A DNA stretch of 43,340 nt from positions 1-43,340 of the forward strand of contig NIVC01002781.1 of NCBI GenBank assembly GCA_002269645.1, given 5' to 3'. Position 1 is the stretch's first letter; each line of letters begins with the position of its first letter. Both the position numbers and the translations under genes were made by a program. A model generated the notes under the pieces. That model was given only the letters and a program-made list of their open reading frames with translations. It had not been told where the DNA came from and ran no database searches. This stretch comes from Macrostomum lignano. Lineage: Eukaryota. Shown here one piece after another: positions 24,935 through 37,525 of the stretch.

Positions 24935-25067
24935 GTGAGAGTTTTAATCTGCGCTTGAGGAAAAAACTGCTTATAGAGATGCTGGTTAGATGACGCAAAT
25001 GCTGGTGTTTAGATGTCTTAGGTCATGGTTCTAGATCTAAGATATACAGCTAAGCGAGGTGTTCTTA

Positions 25068-25945
25068 TAGATGCTACTTGGTGAGGTGTCTATAGATGCC
25101 GGTTAGTGGGGTGTCTAGATGCCGGTTAGTGGGGTGTCTAGATGCCGGTTAGTGAATGGTGTCTAGATGCCGGTTAGTGAATGGTGTCTAGATGCCGGTT
25201 AGTGAATGGTGTCTAGATGCCGCTTAGTGAATGGTGTCTAGATGCCGCTTTGTGAATGGTGTCTAGATGCCGGTTAGTGAATGGTGTCTAGATGCCGGTT
25301 AGTGAGGTGTCTAGATGCCGGTTAGTGAGGTGTCTAGATGCCGGTTAGTGAGGTGTCTAGATGCCGGTTAGTGAGGTGTCTAGATGCCGGTTAGTGAATG
25401 GTGTCTAGATGCCGGTTAGTGAGGTGTCTAGATGCCTAGATGCTACTTAGTGAGGTGTCTATAGATGCCGGTTAGTGGGGTGTCTAGATGCCGGTTAGTG
25501 AATGGTGTCTAGATGCCGGTTAGTGAATGGTGTCTAGATGCCGGTTAGTGAATGGTGTCTAGATGCCGGTTAGTGAATGGTGTCTAGATGCCGCTTAGTG
25601 AATGGTGTCTAGATGCCGCTTTGTGAATGGTGTCTAGATGCCGGTTAGTGAATGGTGTCTAGATGCCGGTTAGTGAGGTGTCTAGATGCCGGTTAGTGAG
25701 GTGTCTAGATGCCGGTTAGTGAGGTGTCTAGATGCCGGTTAGTGAATGGTGTCTAGATGCCGGTTAGTGAGGTGTCTAGATGCCGGTTAGTGAGGTGTCT
25801 AGATGCCGGTTAGTGAGGTGTCTAGATGCCGGTTAGTGAGGTGTCTAGATGCCGGTTAGTGAATGGTGTCTAGATGCCGGTTAGTGAGGTGTCTAGATGC
25901 CGGTTAGTGAGGTGTCTAGATGCCGGTTAGTGAGATGTCTAGGTG
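25068..25945. repeat. 22/25-bp minisatellite (GTGTCTAGATGCCGGTTAGTGAG / ...TGAATG)
   Basis: Direct observation; intronic. Confidence 0.97.
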
Positions 25946-27224
25946 TCTACTCTAGATGAGGTAGTTCGGAGGGTGTGTCTAGACTGCACTGTTGTCAGTC
26001 AGTCAGTCAGTGAGTGACTGACCCCAACTGCAAATTGGGGTCAGTCACCGATGCAGTGAACAGAGCAAGTTGTTGGATCTGTATAGGGAATCTTCTACGT
26101 GTATTCAAGGGCGGCAACAGGACAGTCCTCCAGCCATTATTCAGCCGAAAAAAACTTTCCCTTAAAAAACACTTCCCCATGCAATTCAGGCCTCTCAAGG
26201 TCCTCCGCTCTGCAGCTGAGGTTTATTGTTCCCAAACACTGTGCCAGCCTCAATGCCTCATCAAATGCCATAGCATGCAGTCGCGCATCTTTGTCGCAGG
26301 GGGGGGGGCAGCTCCTCCTTTATTTCTCGCTGACACACGGCTATTGCCTGTTGTTTCAATTGCTTCTAGCAGCAGCGGCAGTCATACATGCACTTGAAGG
26401 GACTCCTTTCCAAGAATCCATCAGTTGCATTGGTGTGTCTCTGTAGTATTTTTTCTTTCACCTATCCTGAGTGTAAGGCATCTATCCCCACCCCATGCTG
26501 TGGGACTGCGGCGTCAGACAGTCTGGCTGCTGAGAGAGACAGCAGAGGAGGGGGTGGGGGCGGGGCCGGCCCAGCAACAGAACCCCCATTATCTCACTCT
26601 ATAAGGCGCTAATGCAAGTCTTTTATAAAAGTTGTGCAGCGTGCAGAGCAGATGACTGAGATGTCACCTCGCCTCAGATGCCGTGACAGGTCCATCAGAA
26701 TGGGCCCTCTATGCCACTCTGATATTATCTACATCTCACTTGAATCTTTGAGTGAGACATGTATATAGCTACCTTGGAATTGTATTTTTACATTGCCAAT
26801 TTGCTACAGACTGCAATAAGCAGAGATGGACAGCTATACTCGAGTCTTGCTGCACTGCACCGTGATAATAGCATCGCAAGGGTCTCAAGATGACAGCTTA
26901 ACCCAACCAATCCCTCGGCCCCCCCCCACTGCTCAAGTGGATGCTTCCAAAAAATGAAAAAAAACAGCAGTATAAACCATGCATGATGTGCGGCTCAAGT
27001 TCTGTGACAGGTCATAACTTTAAAGACATCGTATATGCAAATAACAAACTGTTTAAATAAGTTGACCTGGAAACTTTTCGACCGAAAGAGAATAGTTCAT
27101 TATAGAACATTATAGAATAAAAGAGAATAACATTATTGTGACATGCAGCTTTTAAACTAAAAGAAAACAATAACCAAAAAACCTGTTAAATTTCAGAAAA
27201 ACCCAACCTTAGCCCTTATAAACC

Positions 27225-27620
27225 TAAACCCATATAAACCTAAACCTCAACCTAAAATTAACCCATATAAACGTCCAGACCTAAACTAAACCCATATAAA
27301 CCTCCGAACCTAAACTAAACCCATATGAACCTCCCAACCTAAACTAAACCCATATGCACCTCCCAACCTAAACTAATGCCATAACCTAAAGTAAACACCA
27401 TATAAACTTAAACCCCAACCTAAACTAAACCCATATAACCCCCAACCTAAACTAAAGCCATATAAACCTCCCAACCTAAACTAAAGCCATAACCTAAACT
27501 AAACCCCATATAAACTTAAACCCCAACCTAAACTAAACCCATATAACCCCCAACCTAAACTAAAGCCATAACCTAAACTAAACCCCATATAAACTTAAAC
27601 CCAAACCTAAACTAAAACCA
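27225..27620. repeat. A/C-rich degenerate minisatellite (AACCTAAACTAAACCCATATA)
   Basis: Direct observation. Confidence 0.88.
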
Positions 27621-28499
27621 TTTGAAAAATCCCGAAAACACATGATAACATCAAGATTTACCTGCGAAACAATAATAAGCTGCTACAGAACCGCTCTATT
27701 TTTGAACTGATTTTATAGTCTGGCCGCCAAGCAATAAAGTTTAGAGTGTAGGCAATGAAATTAAATTCGATTAATTGGTATGATGAAGCCCCAAGATTGA
27801 GAAGGACTCATTACAGGTCTATAAAAATAGCTCCACCGGTATAGACAGACACATGGACTGCATGGAGAGGACGGGGGGTGGGCGATATCGTGACTGTAAT
27901 AATTACACAAAAATTGAGACCCGAGCTTGTGATGGCTGGGGTTTGGTATCCAGCCGCCCGAACCCCCAACCCCCATTTTTAACACCCTTGCAACCCCGCT
28001 GAGAGAGTAATAGGAATCCTGGCTGGTGTCTAAAATTGCACAATACGGCGCCCCAGACTGTCTATGGCCCAGCCCGCCTCGCCCGCATTGCCTCCGCCTC
28101 CCATATGGTCCGTCTTCTAGAATATAACATAATAATAGATATCAACATAATCTCGCGAATTAGATTGCTTCATAGTCATTCATAATAGACGGTAGGAGCG
28201 TGTTAAGTTCGGTAAGCGCAGTTGGTGGTCCTTCTGACTCGATTCTATCGGCTTGTTCATAACGAATTGTGCCAATATTTGCTTTAGCTGTATAGGGCGT
28301 GTAGCGTTAGATGGTGGACATGCAGATGGTCCTCGCGGTGAGTTTGGATTTGGGGAAGCTGGTTTAGCACCGTCCACTATAGTTTAGTCTACTGTTGATG
28401 TTGCTAATCTTTAAGTCTGTGCCACTTTTCAAGATTTGAGTGCAAATTTTAAAAGATCCAAGAGTGTCATTTTGAATATTAGAGCTCCATTCCGAAAAT

Positions 28500-28715
28500 T
28501 AATGTGCCATTTTAAATATTCGAGTGCTTTTATTGAAAGTTAGAGTGCCATTTTAAATATCAGAGGGCCATTTTTTTAATATCAGAGTGCCATTTTTGAA
28601 TATCCGAGTGCCATTTTTAATATCAGAGTGCCATTTTAAATGTCAGAGTGCCATTTTTAAATATCGGAGTGCCATTTTTAATATCGGGTGCCACTTTGAA
28701 TATCAGAGTGCCATC
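28500..28715. repeat. ~20-21-bp minisatellite (ATCAGAGTGCCATTTTAAAT)
   Basis: About 10 units. Confidence 0.88.
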
Positions 28716-29809
28716 TATGCCTGCGTATACATAGGTAGGTACAAAAGTCTCTAACATATCTATGCGCTAAGCAGCATGTTTAAGCAAAGTTTTGATAGCC
28801 ACTGAGAGAACCTGTCAATCACTCGTCAATCACACCAACTCAAGCTTTCAAACTGCAGCGCCCCAGTCTCCCTTCGTGAGGCGAGAAGGCAGCAAAGGGC
28901 CAACACCTTCCAGCCCCTGGAGTTCCGTTTTGGCAAATGCAACAATTCAAATAATGAATAATTAATGATGTGAGCCAGCTAACTGACTGGTCCGCAATAT
29001 GCCGGAGCATGGGGCACCCCAGCTGTGAGCAGCCGAACGAGTGTGCTCACTGCGCTCAAGTTGCAGCCACTGCTTGGGAACTATGGTACTCAGATTAGAT
29101 AAGCAAGGAATTCCAGACCTAGTAACTGTTCTCAAAGATTTTTGAGTCAATGAAATCGGGAATAGAACAGCAGTATTTATTCATTTAAAATTTTCTGAAC
29201 CGAAAAAAATCTGATTAAAAATGGAATCGAGAAATTTTATTTAAAGAAAATATCCTACTCGGGATCGTGATGTCTAACAATGCCCTCACAGGTGACAGGG
29301 GCGTAAATGCGGAACTGAGAGTCAATAGGACTGTATCATGGGAAAGCTCATGCAGGGGGGATTATTATCCCCAGGTGTCAGATGAAAGGGGCTTGAAATC
29401 GTGACCGTTAATTGTGTCCCTGCTACGCTTGCGCAGCCTCCTCTAATCTCTTCATCGTTGACTTCTCATCCTAAAGGCTCATTTTCGCCTCCCGTGACGG
29501 TGGGGGGGCAAGAAGCCCCTGTGATTACGGATTGCCCGTCGTGTGTGGGTGTGAGCAGCCCATTGATCCGCTGCTCAGAGGTGCTGCCGGTAGGGCCGGA
29601 CGTGCGAAAACTTCAAGGCAAAGAGCGCTGATTACAGCTTATAGTTTTGCTAGCAGGTGTAATAGGGGCGGCAGTTTTGTCAGCTTCTGACAAAAACTCC
29701 TGCATTGTCTATAATTCTATTGTTTAATAAGCCGTCACCGAATACCCTCTTGGTCAATATCTTTTTGTAATTTGTAATTTTTCATTCAGTGTGGCGAGTG
29801 TTTTTTTAG

Positions 29810-30505
29810 AGTTGTGGCGCTATTTCGTAGTTTAGTTGTGGCGCCATTTAGTTTAGTGTAGCGCCATTGTAGTTTAGTTGTGGCGTTGTACTGTAGTTTA
29901 GTGTGGCGCCAATTTGTAGTTTAGTTTGGTGCCATTTTGTAGTTTAGTTGTGGCGCCATTTTGCAGTTTAGTGTGGCGCCATTTTGTAGTTTAGTTGTGG
30001 CACCATTCTGTAGTTTAGTTGGGTACCATTCTGTAGTTTAGTGTGGCGCCATTGTAGTTTAGTTGTGGCGTTGTACTGTAGTTTAGTGTGGCGCCATTTT
30101 GTAGTTTAATGTGGCGCCATTCTGTAATTTATTGTGGCGCCATTTTTTAGTTTAGTTGTGGCGTTATACTGTAGCTTAGTGTGGCGCCATTTTGTAGTTT
30201 AGTTGTGGCGCCATTTTGTAGTTTAGTTGTGGCACCATTTTGTAGTTTAGTTGTGGCGCCATTTTGTAGTTTAGTTGTGGCGTCATTTTGTGGCTTAGTT
30301 GTAGCGCTATCCTGTAGTTTAGTTGTGGCGCCATTTTGTGGTTTAGTTTGGCGCCAATTTGTAGTTTAGTTGTGGCGCCATTTTGCAGTTTAGTGTGGCG
30401 CCATTTTGTAGTTTACTTGTGGCGCCATTTTGTAGTTTAGTGTGGCGCTATTTTGTAGTTTAGTGTGGCGCCATTCTGTAGTTTAGTGTGGCGCTCTTCA
30501 AGGCT
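29810..30505. repeat. 23/24-bp minisatellite (TGGCGCCATTTTGTAGTTTAGTTG)
   Basis: About 30 degenerate units. Confidence 0.95.
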
Positions 30506-31299
30506 GTGGCGCTGTCTGGCGGCGCAAAAACTAAGCGAGCAGTCGCCACTCCCCAAAATTCAATTCCCAGAGGATTTCCAAAATTTTTTGACACCACAAG
30601 TGGCCGTCTCTATCTTAATCGGTATCGCATTTCACTAATCCCGATTGAAAGCTGCTGGCAGTCACGCGCTACTCTCATAGCCAATTCAACAGCTCAGTTT
30701 CAACCATATATTGGTAACTTGCTGTTGGGAAAAATAGATAGAGGATCATTTTCCCCGGGGCACTGCAGATAGCCAAGGGAATAATACAGTAAATGGGTGA
30801 TTTTATCCTTGGGAGGACAGAAACTAGACCCGAGCTCACTCGAACAGACAGAGGCGCTCGAAGGGAGGTGTGAAACGAGATCCTCTTCTCCCACTATTAC
30901 TGAAAATTTGAATTTTGATCCGGCCTCTGTCAACAGCAATCAGGCGAAGATCTTGAATTGGGGCAGGCAGCCCCCCCTGTGCTTGGCTTGCAGGAATGGC
31001 CGGGGCACTGTTTGAGTGAAAGTGAAATTGCAAGCCCAAGCCTTATTGGTGTTTGCTTAATAACTGTTATGACTTCCGACATTTGTGGTGCCAACCCGCG
31101 ATGGGAGTCTTTTAATAAAGAGAGAGATCTGCTATTTGAATTGAATTGCGTATTTTCCTTGGCGCTACAAGGTTCAAGGCACCGATTTTGGCTCTGGACT
31201 CTTTATTTGAAAAAGAGGGAACGTAGTGCAAGCCAAGTCTATGAGAGCCAATCATCACGACAAGGGCAGAGAAAGCGTTTAACGTTGAGTGTTACACTT

Positions 31300-31598
31300 T
31301 GAAGCTATAAACACCCACTTTGGTGCATTAAACACCCACTTTGGAGCTATAAACACCCTCTTTGGAGCTATAAACACCCACTTTGGAGCTATAAACACCC
31401 ACTTTGGAGCTACAAACACCCTCTTTGGAGCTATAAACACCCACTTTGGAGCTATAAACACCCACTTTGGAGCTATAAACACCCACTTTGGAGCTATAAA
31501 CACCCACTTTGGAGCTATAAACACCTACTTTGAAGCTATAAACACCCACTTTGGATCTATAAACACCCACTTTGGAGCTATAAACACTCACTTTGGAG
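31300..31598. repeat. 21-bp minisatellite (CTTTGGAGCTATAAACACCCA), left arm
   Basis: About 14 units; interrupted by the hAT element. Confidence 0.97.
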
Positions 31599-32873
31599 TA
31601 GGGGTGTTCGGGGTTCGGGGTCGGGTTTTGGTACCGGGTTCGGGTTCGGGGTAGGTGTTCCGGGTCGGGTTCGGGGTTCGGGGTAGGGGTACCGGGTTCG
31701 GGGTTCGGGTCGGGTTTGGCCACCGGGTTTTCGGGTTTTTCGGGGTTTTGAACAATTATCATTCTCAATAGTATTTTCAAGCACTTTTTACTCCTTATGC
31801 AAAATCCACAATGCGAAAGATATGCATTGAGTTTCAGGTACAACTTAAGTTATATTTTACATACAATTTGAAACGGAAATAGCAGATAGAACCATGGATT
31901 CATTTACACTTTCTGGTAAATAACGATTGTAGTTTTTCGACCCATTCAGTCTTGCAGTTGATGATTTAAAAAATTACGTTCAGTAATAATTTTGCATGTG
32001 CTACGTGTAACATGGTCTGAACTTCTGGATTGGATGAGGAAGCTTAAAATGTATAAATACATTATTATTCTCCACGCATCAGTCGCCAATCAATTATCAC
32101 AATGATTACCTACTCTTATCAGCATACAATTTTATGTAAAGACGTGACCACTTTAGTTTTTACATAGCAATTCTGTTATACCACTACTGACTGACTGTTA
32201 ACTGTAGTCAAAAGTAAAAATAAATATATATTTGTGATTAACTCTCCTGTTTCATTGTTTCATTGTTTTATCTGTGCCATCTCTTTATCGCTCTAGTTCT
32301 ATCTCTACTGATATCTACACTACAGGGTAGAATCTAATTTTATTGTACTCTATTTTTGCAGCTTAAATAAACTCATAGATGTAATATTACTATGAAAGCA
32401 ATTTCGTTGTAAGTATAGGTACGAAATGGTCCTGATTTTAGTTGTGAACTTTCATGTATCTTACTATTAGATCTTGGGTCGTGGTATTCCTTCCATCTCA
32501 ATCCCAATCCCATTGCAAGAAGTGTTTCATATTTCTTTTCCTAGTTGTAGAGTAGCTAAGGGAAATAAAACCACAAGGCTAAGTGGTTGAAGCTGTTAAG
32601 GCACATCTCAATGTATAAAACTGATTTTAAAACTGAAATTCAAAACTAAAAACTGAAAAATTGAAAACTGAAAACTGAATTTATTAAAATGATTGACCAA
32701 AATAAGCGTGAAAATGTTCGGGGTTACGTTCGGGGTCGGGTCGGGTTTTGGTACCGGGTTCGGGGTTCGGGGTTGGAAGAAATGTTCGGGACGGGGTTCG
32801 GGGTTCGGGGTAGGGGTACCGGGTTCGGGGTAAACCCCGAACCCCGAAAAAATGGCCGACCCGAACACCCCTA
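31599..32873. mobile_element. Non-autonomous hAT-type DNA transposon (MITE-like, 1275 bp)
   Basis: Perfect 14-bp TIRs TAGGGGTGTTCGGG (31599-31612) and CCCGAACACCCCTA (32860-32873). 8-bp TSD CTTTGGAG at 31591-31598 and 32874-32881. (GGGTTCG)-type subterminal repeats at both ends; AT-rich interior with no transposase ORF. Confidence 0.9.
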
Positions 32874-34185
32874 CTTTGGAGCTATAAAAACCTCTTTTGA
32901 AGCTATAAAGACCTACTTTGGAGCTATAAAGACCTACTTTGGAGCTATAAACACCTAATTTGGAGCTATAAACACCTAATTTGGAGCTATAAACACTCAC
33001 TTTGAAGCTATAAACACCCACTTTGGAGCTATAAGCACCCACTTTGAAGCTATAAACACCCACTTTGATGCTATAAACACCTACTTTGAAGCTATAAACA
33101 CCTACTTTGGTGCATTAAACACCCACTTTGGAGCTATAAACACCTACTTTGGAGCTATAAACACCCACTTTGGAGCTATAAACACCCACTTTGAAGCTAT
33201 AAACACCCACTTTGGAGCTATAAGCACCCACTTTGAAGCTATAAACACCCACTTTGATGCTATAAACACCTACTTTGAAGCTATAAACACCTACTTTGGT
33301 GCATTAAACACCCACTTTGGAGCTATAAACACCTACTTTGGAGCTATAAACACCCACTTTGGAGCTATAAACACCCACTTTGGAGCTATAAACACTCACT
33401 TTGAAGCTATAAACACCCACTTTGGAGCTATAAACACTCACTTTGGAGCTATAAAAACCTCTTTTGAAGCTATAAACACCTACTTTGGAGCTATAAAGAC
33501 CTACTTTGGAGCTATAAACACCTAATTTGGAGCTATAAACACCTAATTTGGAGCTATAAACACTCACTTTGAAGCTATAAACACCCACTTTGGAGCTATA
33601 AGCACCCACTTTGAAGCTATAAACACCCACTTTGATGCTATAAACACCTACTTTGAAGCTATAAACACCTACTTTGGTGCATTAAACACCCACTTTGGAG
33701 CTATAAACACCTACTTTGGAGCTATAAACACCCACTTTGGAGCTATAAACACCCACTTTGAAGCTATAAACACCCACTTTGGAGCTATAAGCACCCACTT
33801 TGAAGCTATAAACACCCACTTTGATGCTATAAACACCTACTTTGAAGCTATAAACACCTACTTTGGTGCATTAAACACCCACTTTGGAGCTATAAACACC
33901 TACTTTGGAGCTATAAACACCCACTTTGGAGCTATAAACACCCACTTTGGAGCTATAAACACCCACTTTGGAGCTATAAACACTCACTTTGAAGCTATAA
34001 ACACCCACTTTGGAGCTATAAACACTCACTTTGGAGCTATAAAAACCTCTTTTGAAGCTATAAACACCTACTTTGGAGCTATAAACACTCACTTTGGAGC
34101 TATAAACACCTACTTTGGAGCTATAAACACCCACTTTGGAGCTATAAACACCCACTTTGGGGCTATAAACACCTAATTTGATGCA
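32874..34185. repeat. 21-bp minisatellite, right arm
   Basis: About 62 units; ends about 65 bp before the exon 2 acceptor. Confidence 0.97.
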
Positions 34186-34250
34186 TTAAAGACAAAACTC
34201 CTGACATTCTGAAATCAAATAGCTCACTTTTCAAACGCCACCTCTCCCAG

Positions 34251-35049
34251 ACTCCACGGTGCGAACTCCTGCGACTCCAACAATTTGGACGGCGACGGGC
34301 CGTCGAAATCCGACGCCGACGACGATGACGACCTGGACGACATCGACTACTTGCGTGGTGTCGCTCGTCGCAGCGGCGGCAGCGGCGGAGGCGGCAGCGG
34401 CGGCGGCATCGGTGGAGAAGTCGGACAGCTCGCTGACGAGGAGGACGACAGCTGGCTTGACGTCGAATCCGACGACGATGTCGACAAGGACGGCGACGAC
34501 GGCGAGGCGGCAACGACGGCCGACCTGGATGTCGACGGCGGCGCCGATAACCAGCAGAAGCAGCGTCGGAAGCGCCAGCGTCGGCTCCTTCAGCAGCAGC
34601 AGCAGCAGACGGCAGCCGGGATGAGCAGCGGTGAAGGCCATCACCAGCAGCCCATGGACTGCTCATTGAAGCCGAAGTCCGGCATGCCGCCGTCTCTGTT
34701 CCCGATCTCCTCGTTGCTGACCTCCGCCGCTGTCACCGCCGCCGCGGCGGCCGCCTCCTCCACAGCCAGCACAGTCGGCGCCAACTCCACGGGCGGCTCG
34801 CCGAACTCCTCCGCAGCCTCCGCCATCTCGGCGGCAGCAGCCGCAGCGGCCGCCGCCGCCGCCTTCTACGGCCGCTTTCCCATGCTGGGCGGCCTGGGCG
34901 GCTTCGCCGGCCTCCCGCTGCTGCCGCCGCCGCCGCCGCCGCACTCGATGCCGCAGCTGCCGTCGCTGCCTCCGCCGCTGCCGGCGCCTGCGGCTTCCGA
35001 GCATCACGTGACCGATTGGTCAGCCTCGAAGCGGGCGAGGAAAGAATGA
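34251..35049 (+). CDS. Six3/6: SIX3/6 exon 2 (acidic, poly-Q, poly-A, poly-P C-terminal region)
   Basis: Acceptor cacctctcccag| ends at 34250. Phase-2 joining gives KNR-LHGANSCDSNNLDGD, in frame with ORF 34285..35049 and echoing vertebrate KNRL. Total CDS 734+799 = 1533 nt. GC-rich coding-like composition; stop TGA at 35047-35049. Confidence 0.85.
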
Positions 35050-35377
35050 AAAGAGAGAAAATAAGGAATGCACTGAGTGACCCGCATACACAAGCGTACA
35101 TCTATCTAAAATATTATATCTGTCTTTTGTCTGTCTGTTTGTTACCATAGTCCAGCTGTTTTTGCGAGCACCGCCATTGTTACCCAACGCCCCTCAGTGC
35201 ACAGATCCCTCATGCCCGCTCTGTTCTGCTTAAATTTAAACATTGTTTTTATTTGTCAGCATCCGCAACCCAACATCGCTGATGGCGTTCGTAGCTTTTG
35301 TACAAATGTTTCACCGCCCTAGTCAATCTGTGTTTGCAGTCAGTGAGCAGCCTCTGGTATTGGGCCTGCCAGCACCC

Positions 35378-35967
<590 letters not shown>

Positions 35968-36101
35968 CAACTCATGCCCTGGTTTCCACCCAGCCGCAGC
36001 CTCCAGCCGCAGCTTTGCCCATGCTGACTGTCTGCACCTCCTCTCTCCGTATTGTAGCTGAAGTGTGGCGTCCCCCCGGCTTTGCAGACGGAGTTACTAT
36101 A

Positions 36102-36111
36102 AATAAATAAA
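36102..36111 (+). promoter_or_regulatory. Candidate Six3/6 polyadenylation signal (two overlapping AATAAA)
   Basis: AATAAATAAA about 1.05 kb after the stop codon. Would place the (TGTC)n tract inside the 3' UTR. Confidence 0.35.
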
Positions 36112-36804
36112 TGAGTATAATATTAAAGAATAATAATACTTAGCAAACTGTTTCAGCCGTTTTCCCATTTCCTGTCGCGAGTTGAATTTAGACGCATTCG
36201 AGAATCAACAGTCGTGCTCAAGGCAGATCGGTGTTAGCAACAAGCCTACTGAGATCCCCCTATTGTTCTCCCAGCTCCTGGCGCACCTGGCCAACGCGGC
36301 TTAATTAGTCCGCCTGCCCGACAGCTGAATAGTCAAATTTTATTTGAGACCAGAGTTTCACCTTCGCTTTGTGACTTCCCAATTAAATTCTCGCTTAGAT
36401 ATCCCCTAGCAGCCGGCACTCCCGGTCATTGAGTTTAAGCTGCTGCAGGTGACTTGAGCCTCTCTATAATCCGCACAGTTATTATAAATGGATATTGAGC
36501 AAAGAGAGTTTTTCAAATTGCCGGAGTAGTTACGCGAGGCGCAGCTCTTTGGTGTGAGTTCAGCTTTAGCTGTGAGTGACGGCTCTGCCCACCCCACCCC
36601 AGAAACTCAGTCTATTTGCTCTGCTCACTCTGGACTCATAATGAGATTTTTAATAGCTCTGCGTGTCATCTCAGAGTGGGCGTCGGCGCCTCCCACTGGT
36701 TGCTTTTATTGGTAGCGGGCAGCGAGCATGAAGACCAAGCGAGCTTGTAGTCCGGGGGTCAATGCCCCCGCCCTGTCCAGGGTCATCGCCGATATTCAAA
36801 TAGC

Positions 36805-37525
36805 GGGAGGTCATTTGACCCACTCTGTAGCTAAAATGGCGGAGGTCATCTGACCCCCTCCAAATGTATCTAACACGGCGGAGGTCATCTGACCCCCTCC
36901 AAATGTATCTAACACGGTGGAGGTCATCTGACCCCTCCAAATGTATCTAACACACGGTGGAGGTCATCTGACCCCTTCAAATGTATCTAACACACGGAGG
37001 AGGTCAACTGACCCCTCCAAATGTATCTAACACACGGCGGAGGTCATCTGACCCCCTCCAAATGTATCTAACACACGGCGGAGGCCATCTGACCCCTTCA
37101 AATGTATCTAACACACGGAGGAGGTCAACTGACCCCTCCAAATGTATCTAACACACGGCGGAGGTCATCTGACCCCCTCCAAATGTATCTAACACACGGC
37201 GAAGGCCATCTGACCCCCTCCAAATGTATCTAACACACGGCGGAGGTCAACTGACCCCTCCAAATGTATCTAACACACGGCGGAGGTCATCTGACCCCCT
37301 CCAAATGTATCTAACACACGGCGGAGGCCATCTGACCCCTTCAAATGTATCTAACACACGGAGGAGGTCAACTGACCCCTCCAAATGTATCTAACACACG
37401 GCGGAGGTCATCTGACCCCCTCCAAATGTATCTAACACACGGCGGAGGCCATCTGACCCCCTCCAAATGTATCTAACACACGGCGGAGGTCAACTGACCC
37501 CTCCAATATATCTAAAACGGCGAAG
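36805..37525. repeat. 39-41-bp minisatellite (GGAGGTCATCTGACCCCCTCCAAATGTATCTAACACACGGC)
   Basis: About 17 units; period 41 (37021/37062). Confidence 0.97.

Larger units (their letters stand above)
24935..34250 (+). other. Six3/6 intron (9316 bp, GT-AG)
   Basis: Canonical donor and acceptor with compatible phase; lies just after the homeodomain, as in other Six3/6 genes. Confidence 0.85.

Noticed and set aside
24000-24998. 332-aa antisense ORF over Six3/6 exon 1 (and similar shadow ORFs over exon 2 and module 3)
   Set aside because: Antisense shadows of GC-rich codon usage.
27225-27620. Telomere-like CCTAAA repeats
   Set aside because: Units are AACCTAAACTAAA, not tandem CCCTAA or CCCTAAA.
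36805-37525. CRISPR-like palindromic repeats
   Set aside because: No unique spacers, no cas genes, eukaryotic context.
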